Below are positions 17,662-24,879 of a stretch of DNA of 32,000 nucleotides, piece after piece. Every line of letters begins with the position of its first letter. Positions within the stretch are counted from its first letter, which is position 1. Made by a program: the position numbers and the translations under genes. This DNA comes from Nitrososphaerota archaeon. Lineage in GTDB: Archaea > Thermoproteota > Nitrososphaeria > Nitrososphaerales > UBA57. Location: the NCBI GenBank assembly GCA_013306035.1, contig JABUBF010000001.1, positions 14,998-46,997 on the forward strand, read 5' to 3'. Under the pieces are notes generated by a model, which worked only from the letters and a program-made list of their open reading frames with translations, had not been told where the DNA came from and did not search any database.

Positions 17662-18780
17662 ATGGATTTAGTATTTATAATCGGAGCAGGAAACGCGCAA
17701 ATAACAAGTAATCCAATTATTAATCTTGCAATTGTTTATCTTCCGTTAGCTCTTTTAATCTTATACGGACAAAGATTACAAGTTTGGCTTATTACTAATG
17801 ACTTATCCAAAACTGTTGGACGTCTAAAGGAAATGAAAGATAGGTCAAGACAAGAAACTATTGATCATATTACTGAAGGAATAGATAACAAAGAAGAAAC
17901 AATAAAACGCCTCGATTCATTTCTTGAATATTTTACCATTATGCCTGTTGATTTAGATCCCGCCGGTGTGATAAATAAACTTGATCATATTATGACTAGT
18001 CGAGACATACGAATGAAAAGTGAAATTAAACAACTGTTTCCTGATTTAGATAAACTTAAGGCGAACTCTGTCGAGAATGTTATTGAAATTGCCACGTCAT
18101 TTAACTTTGTGTATAAAATTGTTCGTCATTTCTATTTAGTTGGTAAAAAGACAAATAATTTTATTATTCTAGCACAATTACAAATGATTATACCATTTCT
18201 TATGTTACAAGCTGATGCGTTAAGCCAAGCAATGACTACATTCAAAAAGAATCAACCTGTCGGCGATGCGATTGGACCTATGATTGTTGGTAAATTAATG
18301 TTAGAGCATGAAAAACATGACATCGCTGTAGATACCATTTATGCCGAATCTGATATATCAGGCCGTAAAGCAATTCTTGTTACTGCTAAAGGACCTGTTG
18401 GAACTGTAGGTCAGCCTGGTAATGCTGTTCAAGAGTTAATTCAGAAAGAAAATCCATCTCTTTTAATTATGATTGACGCTGCCCTAAGACTAGAAGGTGA
18501 AAAAACAGGCGAAGTTGCCGAAGGGGTAGGAGCTGCAATAGGAGGAATTGGAGTAGATAAATTCAAAATTGAAGAGGCTGCTACAAATAATAATATCCCT
18601 GTTTATGCAATAATTGTAAAACAGACTATTGTTGAAGCGATCTCTGTTATGACCAAAGAGATTGCAGAAAGTGTTGATTCTGTTCACGATATTATTCATA
18701 GAATTATTGACGAAAGAACCAAGCCTAATGATAAAGTAATAATTGTAGGCGTTGGTAATACCATAGGCGTGATTCAGTAG
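17662..18780 (+). CDS. Conserved archaeal membrane-anchored protein of unknown function (recalls the DUF1512 family)
   Basis: 372 aa, with an N-terminal hydrophobic segment followed by a soluble domain with a Gly-rich C-terminal part (GPVGTVGQPGNAV...GVGAAIGGIGVDK). Family assignment is from memory, not a search. Confidence 0.6.
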   Translation: MDLVFIIGAGNAQITSNPIINLAIVYLPLALLILYGQRLQVWLITNDLSKTVGRLKEMKDRSRQETIDHITEGIDNKEETIKRLDSFLEYFTIMPVDLDPAGVINKLDHIMTSRDIRMKSEIKQLFPDLDKLKANSVENVIEIATSFNFVYKIVRHFYLVGKKTNNFIILAQLQMIIPFLMLQADALSQAMTTFKKNQPVGDAIGPMIVGKLMLEHEKHDIAVDTIYAESDISGRKAILVTAKGPVGTVGQPGNAVQELIQKENPSLLIMIDAALRLEGEKTGEVAEGVGAAIGGIGVDKFKIEEAATNNNIPVYAIIVKQTIVEAISVMTKEIAESVDSVHDIIHRIIDERTKPNDKVIIVGVGNTIGVIQ

Positions 18781-18987
18781 ATGTCATTACCAATAATGGG
18801 AGTACCCGACAAGAAACGAAAAAAACTCACAGTCTACACAATTGAAGAATGTATTAACTGTAAAAAACCAACTAAAAGAGAATTTAAAGACGGAGATTTG
18901 GTTCATAAAATTCTTGATAAATGCAAAGATTGCGACAATAACATTATGATTTCTTTAATATACGGCGAAGAAATAAAAAAGAACTAA
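18781..18987 (+). CDS. Small 4-Cys zinc-ribbon protein
   Basis: 68 aa with CINC...(20 aa)...CKDC. Its ATG directly abuts the TAG of the upstream gene (tagATG), suggesting translational coupling. Confidence 0.6.
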   Translation: MSLPIMGVPDKKRKKLTVYTIEECINCKKPTKREFKDGDLVHKILDKCKDCDNNIMISLIYGEEIKKN

Positions 18988-19889
18988 GTCTTTGTTAGAA
19001 TTACTGCCCCATTCTCTGTAGGCGTTATTGTATGTTCAAATTGTGCAACCGTTTGATTATTTGCTTCTAATAAATCAGGATATACACGCATGATTTTCTT
19101 TGCTACAAGTTTATTCAACATCGCATTCAATTCCTCTTTTTTATAATCGTCCAGATACCATCTTGGCGAAAATGGTAGAGTGTTTCTACTATCCCAAATC
19201 TTTTTTGTAAATTCATCTATTTTCTTATCACCGGTCTTCTTTCTTTTTATCAACATGTAAATTGTTTTTGTTTTACCATCTACAACATGTCCTGATCCAT
19301 CTTTAACAGTAAGAAATGGTTCGATTGCATATACGTTTCCTATTCTTAAATTTGAACCTAATGCCGTCCATACATTAGGTATGGAAACCCCTGCATGAAC
19401 TTTGAATCTCTCAATCGAATGACCTGAAAGATTTGATATTGGTATGAATCCAAATTTATCTGCCGTATCAGAAATTACTTTTCCGATATTGGAAGAAGAA
19501 ATCTTATCCTTTACAATTTTTATCGCATTGTTCAGTGCTGTTTCAGTTGCTAATGTTAATTCTTGATAATCTGGATCATAACAGATTGTTGTAGCTGTAT
19601 CTGCTACATAGCCATCAATATGCGCTCCTAAATCTAATTTAATTACGGCATCGTCTCTTATTGTCTGGTCGTCAAATAATTCTCCACTATAGTGAGCAGT
19701 AACACTATTGATTGATACGCCACATGGAAAACCCGGTTCTGCTCCCAATCTTCTTGTCATTGATTCTACTTCTTCACAAACTTGATTTACTGTCATTCCG
19801 ACTAAATCTTTTTTCTTAAAATGTTCTCTAACAGTTGCCGCTATTTTTCCCGCCGTAACGAATCTTTCATCTATCTCCAGTTTATCCAT
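18984..19889 (-). CDS. map: Methionine aminopeptidase, type 2 (archaeal)
   Basis: 301 aa with a pita-bread fold signature: FPCGVSINSVTAHYS, DLGAHIDGYVADTA, GHSIERFKVHAG, EPF...FEHT metal-ligand positions. Confidence 0.9.
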   Translation of the reverse strand: MDKLEIDERFVTAGKIAATVREHFKKKDLVGMTVNQVCEEVESMTRRLGAEPGFPCGVSINSVTAHYSGELFDDQTIRDDAVIKLDLGAHIDGYVADTATTICYDPDYQELTLATETALNNAIKIVKDKISSSNIGKVISDTADKFGFIPISNLSGHSIERFKVHAGVSIPNVWTALGSNLRIGNVYAIEPFLTVKDGSGHVVDGKTKTIYMLIKRKKTGDKKIDEFTKKIWDSRNTLPFSPRWYLDDYKKEELNAMLNKLVAKKIMRVYPDLLEANNQTVAQFEHTITPTENGAVILTKT

Positions 19890-19975
19890 TATTTGATTCT
19901 AAATTTATTTTCTTGAATATAAAATCTATTCACATTCTTAAGATACATCTAAATCCCAATCATGTCGTATATGTT

Positions 19976-20446
19976 ATGATGAGTAAATACAAACGTAGCG
20001 CAGTCGGCGGGACATTTGATATTTTACATATGGGTCATAAACATCTATTAGAAGCAACATTTCAAATATCTGACGAAGTAATAATCGGAGTCAGTTCTGA
20101 TAATTTTGTAAATAAATTAAATAAAACTGTCATTAATAACTACGAAAATCGAATAAAGAATATAGAATATTTCATAAAATCCACATTTCTAAATATTCCA
20201 TATAATATCTATAAACTAGACGATTACTTTGGACCTGCAAGTTTTCTAGACAATATAGATGTAATCGTTCTAACATCTGAGAATTCCCATCGTTTAGGCT
20301 CCTTAAACGATGAAAGAAAATCTCGAGGTTTAAGTCGACTTAATGGAGAAATTATCGAACTTCTTAATGCAAAAGATGGCCTTCCTATCTCAACAACTCG
20401 TATTAAGAAAGGAATAATTGATTCCAATGGCAATTCTTTAATTTAA
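19976..20446 (+). CDS. Phosphopantetheine adenylyltransferase, archaeal type (cytidylyltransferase-like fold)
   Basis: 156 aa from ATG 19976, with GGTFDILHMGHKHLL (the nucleotidyltransferase (H/T)xGH motif) and C-terminal ISTTRI. The track's TTG 19913 start would add 21 residues that I consider untranslated. Confidence 0.78.
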   Translation: MMSKYKRSAVGGTFDILHMGHKHLLEATFQISDEVIIGVSSDNFVNKLNKTVINNYENRIKNIEYFIKSTFLNIPYNIYKLDDYFGPASFLDNIDVIVLTSENSHRLGSLNDERKSRGLSRLNGEIIELLNAKDGLPISTTRIKKGIIDSNGNSLI

Positions 20447-20530
20447 AATAAGTACATTCGATATATATTATAACTTGAATATTAATTCAAGAAGTAGGGG
20501 GGGGACGTAGCCTAGCTCGGTTATGGCGTC

Positions 20531-20550
20531 AGCACTTGTTGTGCCGCTAA
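20531..20550 (+). other. tRNA-Trp intron 1 (20 nt), non-canonical position 28/29 in the 5' strand of the anticodon stem
   Basis: Bulge-helix-bulge motif. The 4-bp helix is GGCG (20525-28) with CGCU (20545-48). The 3-nt bulges are UC|A (20529-31) and AA|C (20549-51). The intron hairpin is GCAC-UUGUU-GUGC. Cutting between bulge nt 2 and 3 gives exactly the stem needed. Confidence 0.8.
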
Positions 20551-20559
20551 CGGCTCCAG

Positions 20560-20622
20560 AAGCTAATAGTATAATTTAGGTAGAACTGACTTATTGGATG
20601 ATGTACCTTTGGAGCAGCAGTG
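20560..20622 (+). other. tRNA-Trp intron 2 (63 nt), canonical position 37/38
   Basis: The boundaries are dictated by the cloverleaf (loop CUCCAG|A). The BHB is relaxed: CUCC (20554-57) pairs with GCAG (20617-20) with one C-C mismatch, and the bulges are AG|A and UG|A. A competing perfect helix GCUCCA/UGGAGC (20553-58 with 20610-15) also exists. Confidence 0.65.
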
Positions 20623-20705
20623 ACCGGGAGATCGTGGGTTCAAATCCTGCCGTCCCCATTTCCTCATCTTTCTTAATGGCATACGTATTTAGTAATTAGA
20701 TTATG

Positions 20706-21563
20706 TTAAGCAGGAACTAAATATTTAATTTCCTTCAAATTATCTTCTAATGTATTTTCATTCGGCATTACTATGGCTGGTAGAAATCTCTTTGAGGTAC
20801 TTTCTGTTAATGCCTGACCTCCGACTACTATAGGTTTGTCATATCCTTTGGATATGTTCTTAACAAGATTTATACCACTTTGTACATTTGCAGGCAGTGT
20901 TATAGATACTAATACCATATCTGGTTCGATATTTGCTACGTATTTTATTACATCCTTGCTTGGAGTCGACGGAGATATATTATATACATTATAACCCTTG
21001 TTAGTTAATATCGATTCAAGCATATTACATACAATATTATGACGTTCACCAGAAGGATTACATATCAATAATTTAGATTTTTTCTTCTTCTTCACGTCTT
21101 TCTTATTCATCTCACTAATTATTCCAAGTAATCTATTACTTACAACATGTTCTGTTCCTATCATCAATTCATTTCGCCTCCAACGATCACCTACGTCATA
21201 TAGAATGTGTTTCACTATTTTATCATAAAATTCTAGTATTGAAAAATCATCACTATATTCATCATATACAATAGATAAGTTAATAGGTCCAGGACCTGCT
21301 AATTTTTTGAATAAATCTTTACGTACCTTTTCAACATATTTATTATAATTTTTACCTGATGCGTTCTGGTCCTTGGCAAAGAATTTAATTATATTCTTGT
21401 TATCTATATAATCTTCTGGAATATCATCTAATGTGATTTTCTCAGTTCTTCCAAGATATTTTATCGTTTCCTGTTTTGATACCTTTTTCTTCTTGTCCCA
21501 GATACTTCTTACTAGGTACGAATAATCCATTCCTTTTACTCGTTTATTTCTTATGTAGACCAT
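20706..21563 (-). CDS. B12-binding-domain protein with CarH/LitR-like Wx9EH helical-bundle motif and a basic, non-MerR N-terminal domain (putative cobalamin/light-responsive regulator)
   Basis: 285 aa with W128-x9-E138-H139 (DRWRRNELMIGTEHV). The Rossmann-type B12 domain has GERH175NIV (a DxHxxG variant), VLVSITL and PIVVGGQAL. N-terminus is MVYIRNKRVKGMDYSYLVRSIWDKKKKVSKQETIKYLGR. Confidence 0.7.
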   Translation of the reverse strand: MVYIRNKRVKGMDYSYLVRSIWDKKKKVSKQETIKYLGRTEKITLDDIPEDYIDNKNIIKFFAKDQNASGKNYNKYVEKVRKDLFKKLAGPGPINLSIVYDEYSDDFSILEFYDKIVKHILYDVGDRWRRNELMIGTEHVVSNRLLGIISEMNKKDVKKKKKSKLLICNPSGERHNIVCNMLESILTNKGYNVYNISPSTPSKDVIKYVANIEPDMVLVSITLPANVQSGINLVKNISKGYDKPIVVGGQALTESTSKRFLPAIVMPNENTLEDNLKEIKYLVPA

Positions 21564-21606
21564 TGAGACACTAAATCACATTCTAATATATATAGTATTT
21601 AGCACT

Positions 21607-21618
21607 AGAATTAATTCT
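21607..21618. promoter_or_regulatory. Perfect 12-bp palindrome AGAATTAATTCT flanked by GCACT direct repeats (21602-06, 21621-25), in the divergent promoter region between the B12-binding protein gene and the SDR gene; candidate operator
   Basis: Read directly from the sequence. A second 5-1-5 palindrome, GAAGA-A-TCTTC, lies at 21628-21638. AT-rich palindromes can arise by chance in this genome. Confidence 0.3.
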
Positions 21619-21676
21619 TGGCACTATGAAGAATCTTCTATATGTATTATAAATGATAATAAAAAATATCTGACGT

Positions 21677-22570
21677 ATGAAGAAAATACTAGTTAGCGGT
21701 TCTACTGGTTTTATTGGCAAGAATTTTATAAATTTCATCACACACGAATCATTTTCCGTAACAAAATTAGTAAGAAAAAATAATCATGTTGATGATTCTA
21801 GTATATTTTGGAATCCATATGAGGACGTATTAAACATAGATAAATTCGAAGATTTTGATGTAATAATTCATCTGTCAGGACGTTCTCCTATAACAAGAAT
21901 TACTCAAAATGTAAAACAGGCCTTGTATTCAAGTCGAGTCGAAACAACAAAAAATTTAGTTAATATGATAACTAAATTAAAAAAACCTCCTGACGTTTTT
22001 CTCTGTGCGTCAGCTACAGGTTACTATGGCGATCAGGGAAATACTGATTTATACGAGTCTTCTAATGCAGGAAATGGATTCTGGTCGGATATGTGCAGTG
22101 ATTGGGAAACTGCCACTATACCTGTAAAAGAACTTGGTATAAGAACAGTAAATCTTCGTATTGGCAATGTTATTGATAAGGTAATGAATTTAATATTATT
22201 GAAACTTCCAATATTCTCAGATTTTGGTCATGGCAATCAGTATTATCCATTTATCTCAATGCATGAATTAAATAATATTCTTCTTCATGTAATACAGAAC
22301 GACAATATTAACGGTCCAGTTAATTTAGTATCTCCTCAACCCATAACCAATCACATGTTTAATCAAGCATTAAGTAAGGTTTATCACCGCCCTGCAATAT
22401 TATCTATTCCCGAAATTCTTCCAAGATTGTTTCTAGGACGAGAAATTGCAAATCTTCTATATGGTAGTAGTAAAGTTTTCCCTAAAAAATTACTTGATTC
22501 AGGTTATAAATTTGCTGAAAATACTCCTGAAGAATCGATAATTCATTACAAAAATTACCGAGTCAAATAG
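21677..22570 (+). CDS. Atypical SDR / NAD-dependent epimerase-family protein (YfcH/TIGR01777-like, with DUF1731-type C-terminus)
   Basis: 297 aa with N-terminal ILVSGSTGFIGKNF Rossmann motif. Length and C-terminal LLDSGYKF resemble the SDR39U1/YfcH group (assignment from memory). Confidence 0.7.
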   Translation: MKKILVSGSTGFIGKNFINFITHESFSVTKLVRKNNHVDDSSIFWNPYEDVLNIDKFEDFDVIIHLSGRSPITRITQNVKQALYSSRVETTKNLVNMITKLKKPPDVFLCASATGYYGDQGNTDLYESSNAGNGFWSDMCSDWETATIPVKELGIRTVNLRIGNVIDKVMNLILLKLPIFSDFGHGNQYYPFISMHELNNILLHVIQNDNINGPVNLVSPQPITNHMFNQALSKVYHRPAILSIPEILPRLFLGREIANLLYGSSKVFPKKLLDSGYKFAENTPEESIIHYKNYRVK

Positions 22571-22586
22571 GTGAATAAGTGTATAA

Positions 22587-23052
22587 TTGATTTATCTGGA
22601 TTATGTTATTATTGGACTCATATCTGGTATTTTCCCCACAATAGTTATGTCAATCTTTGAATTTCCATTCTATAAAATTTGGGGCATTAAGAGTGTATAT
22701 GAACTTCATGAAAGTGAGATGATTGTGTGTAAATTGATGAAAAGAAAATTCCAGAATAATATCTCCCGTATGGGAATCTTGACACATCTGCTCAACGGAT
22801 CTTTGCTCTCCGTACCTTTTGTTATTTTCATTAATCTAACAAAATACCAATCCTAGTATAATTATTGGAATACTTTATTCTGTTGTTATTTGGCTTGTTA
22901 CATTATTACCTGTTCATAAACTGATTACTGGTGAATCTATTAGTGAAAATCCTTACGGATACCAACCTGCTTTGGTCAGTATAATTGGACACTTTATCTA
23001 TGGCATTATGTTGTACTATAGCTATATGACTCTTGGAGGTCTTTTGAATTGA
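22587..23052 (+). pseudogene. Small polytopic membrane protein, paralog of the downstream gene, interrupted by a +1 frameshift near 22840-22857
   Basis: Frame 0 gives 89 aa (22587-22856) matching the N-terminal half of the 154-aa neighbour. The C-terminal half (..SIIIGILYSVVIWLVTLLPVHKLITGESISENPYGYQPALVSIIGHFIYGIMLYYSYMTLGGLLN*) continues in the +1 frame (open 22840-23052) and aligns with the neighbour's ..HAIYGAALGYF.. region. Confidence 0.6.
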
Positions 23053-23513
23053 ACTTTGATTTTCTTCTTAATGGATTAATTGCTGGTTTTATAGCCACCG
23101 GCGCAATGTCTATCCTTCAAATTCCAATGTACAAAAAATGGGGAATGACTTCTGTTCTTGAATGGCACGAAAACCAGGTTATTACATCTAAAATTATTAA
23201 AAATAATCCTGAAGAATTATTAATCCCGAGCTTCTTTTTTCATTTTCTCCACGGCGGGCTTGGAGGCATAGCTTTTGCCATTACTGTAAGTATAATTAAT
23301 TTTCAGGTGTCATATTTGATTTCTGGAACCGTTTTAGGATTTCTTTTTGCTTTAGTTGTTCTAATTATTCATGAGCCAATTACAAAAGTCAAACCTCTTC
23401 AGCATCCATTAGGAAATCTTCCAGTTATTGCAAGTTTCGTAAATCACGCAATTTATGGCGCTGCATTAGGATATTTTCTTTTTCATCTTTCTCACTTTGA
23501 TATTATTTTATAA
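23049..23513 (+). CDS. Small polytopic membrane protein of unknown function (intact paralog)
   Basis: 154 aa, about 4 TM segments, with conserved KKWG..S..EWHE near the N-terminus and NHAIYGAALGY near the C-terminus. The TTG start overlaps the TGA of the upstream +1-frame ORF (TTGA). Confidence 0.65.
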   Translation: MNFDFLLNGLIAGFIATGAMSILQIPMYKKWGMTSVLEWHENQVITSKIIKNNPEELLIPSFFFHFLHGGLGGIAFAITVSIINFQVSYLISGTVLGFLFALVVLIIHEPITKVKPLQHPLGNLPVIASFVNHAIYGAALGYFLFHLSHFDIIL

Positions 23514-24851
23514 TTGTGTTGTGTAAATCTCTTTATCATAAAATGTAAAGTGTGCTACTACTAGTAATACTGCAACTATACATAGACCTATTATGTTCAA
23601 TATTGACGTGTTTACATCAGGAAAACTTCCTAAAATTGCCATTCCTTTACTAACTTGATATGGTCCAATTTTTGGTAAATATGAAATCAAATACATGGTG
23701 TCTGTTAACCAGAATAACGCTGCAGTCCAACCTACTATTCCTGCCAACAACGATCCTAGTCTAGCTCTCTTTCTTACGAAATAATAACCTATTCCAATTA
23801 CTGTTAACCAGACCAAAGTTACTATGCCTGTTAATGGTTGCATTGTCATCAATCTTTGATCTATGAGATAATGTAAGACCCCTGTAATTCCTAATATTAT
23901 CAATAAATAAGAAAGGTAATTTTCTTTTTTTGTGAATTCTTCTTTATCTTCCTCATGCGAAGTTAATTTTAATGATTCATCTACTCCTTTTAGTGGAATT
24001 GGTATCAAGTCCATTATTGATTTCTCAGTCATTACTGATTCATTTTTTAATCCTTCCACTAATGGCCGCGCTAATGATGCTTTTATCGGCGTAACCAAAT
24101 CTACCCAATATGAGGTGAATCTCAGGCTTAGAAATGGTATAATTATCATTATTATAGATTTGTTATTTATTTTTCCATACTTTTTCATCATTTCTCTATA
24201 TTCTAGTATGTCAGGTCCTCCAATATCGAATGTTCTCGCTTCAGTTTCTTTAACATTCAAACTTTCATAGAGATATCGTACTACATCGTCTATGTATATT
24301 GGCTGTAATTTTGTCAGAACCCATTTTGGACAGACCATTATTGGTAATCTTTCTACTAAATACCTCATCATTTCAAAGCCTCCGCCTCCTTTACCTAGAA
24401 TGACTGAAGCACGAAACACTGTGACCTTAGCTTTCGACGTTTTTAAAATCTCGCCTACTTCTTGTCTACTTGACATATGTTTAGACATCTCATTATCTGG
24501 GATACTCACTAATCCTCCTACATATATTATTCTCTTTACATTGCATTCTGTCGATGCATCGGCAAAGTTCTTTGCAATCCTTTTATCCAGATCTACAAAT
24601 CTTTCCCAATCCTTTGATTCACCCTCCATTGAATGAATAAGGTAATATACAACATCAATTCCTTCTAGAGCCTTCAGTACTTGTTTATAGTCTTGTGCAT
24701 CAGCTTTTATTTTCTCTAGATTATTATGTTCTAAATTATCTAAACTCTCTAAATTCCTCGACATTACTCGAACGGATATTTTTTTTCCTAATAGAAATCG
24801 AACAAGTTTCTTACCAATAAAACCACTTGCTCCCGTGATCAGTATTTTCAT
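23508..24851 (-). CDS. NAD(P)-binding atypical SDR (NmrA/YbjT-like) fused to a C-terminal four-TM domain
   Basis: 447 aa with N-terminal ILITGASGFIGKKLV Rossmann motif, about 300 aa of soluble domain, then four hydrophobic helices (YLSYLLIILGITGVLHYLI ... ILNIIGLCIVAVLLVVAHFTF). Confidence 0.7.
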   Translation of the reverse strand: MKILITGASGFIGKKLVRFLLGKKISVRVMSRNLESLDNLEHNNLEKIKADAQDYKQVLKALEGIDVVYYLIHSMEGESKDWERFVDLDKRIAKNFADASTECNVKRIIYVGGLVSIPDNEMSKHMSSRQEVGEILKTSKAKVTVFRASVILGKGGGGFEMMRYLVERLPIMVCPKWVLTKLQPIYIDDVVRYLYESLNVKETEARTFDIGGPDILEYREMMKKYGKINNKSIIMIIIPFLSLRFTSYWVDLVTPIKASLARPLVEGLKNESVMTEKSIMDLIPIPLKGVDESLKLTSHEEDKEEFTKKENYLSYLLIILGITGVLHYLIDQRLMTMQPLTGIVTLVWLTVIGIGYYFVRKRARLGSLLAGIVGWTAALFWLTDTMYLISYLPKIGPYQVSKGMAILGSFPDVNTSILNIIGLCIVAVLLVVAHFTFYDKEIYTTQL

Positions 24852-24879
24852 TTCTTACACTATATCTTTCATAATATTA

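Larger units (their letters stand above)
20501..20658 (+). tRNA. tRNA-Trp (anticodon CCA at 20556-20558) interrupted by two introns; mature length 75 nt; CCA end not encoded
   Basis: Hand fold. Acceptor GGGGACG/CGUCCCC with A73. D arm GCCU-AGCUCGGUUA-UGGC. Anticodon stem UC|CGG with CCGGG. Loop CUCCAGA. Variable AGAUC. T arm GUGGG-UUCAAAU-CCUGC. Exons are 20501-20530, 20551-20559 and 20623-20658. Confidence 0.85.

Noticed and set aside
18490-20433. Shadow ORFs 18490-18699 (-) and 20224-20433 (-)
   Set aside because: They are antisense to the DUF1512-like and PPAT genes.
20610-20617. Alternative 3' splice site at 20616|20617, using the perfect helix CUCC/GGAG (20554-57 with 20611-14)
   Set aside because: It would leave an oversized anticodon loop and no partner for the anticodon stem. 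Only the 20622|20623 junction yields a valid tRNA.
20560-20622. Box C/D guide RNA inside the tRNA-Trp intron, as in euryarchaeal pre-tRNA-Trp. Candidate elements are CUGA at 20586-89, AUGAUGU at 20598-604, and a 9-nt complementarity (20608-15) to the anticodon region.
   Set aside because: There is no 5' C box and no proper terminal D box (GCAG or GUGA instead of CUGA). The N+5 rule does not place C34 correctly relative to any box. The complementarity is better explained as splicing-related or alternative pre-tRNA structure.
20501-20658. Interpretation of the 158-nt block as a class II tRNA (Ser/Leu) with a long variable arm
   Set aside because: The D-arm GCC-AGCUCGGUUAU-GGCG resembles Ser/Leu. 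However, no anticodon arm or variable stem-loop could be built for any Ser or Leu anticodon. The two-intron Trp model gives a complete 75-nt cloverleaf, and intron 1 has an exact BHB.
23932-24636. Plus-strand ORFs 23932-24270 (112 aa) and 24292-24636 (114 aa)
   Set aside because: Both are antisense to the 447-aa SDR-TM gene, whose Rossmann motif and TM domain make it the real coding strand.
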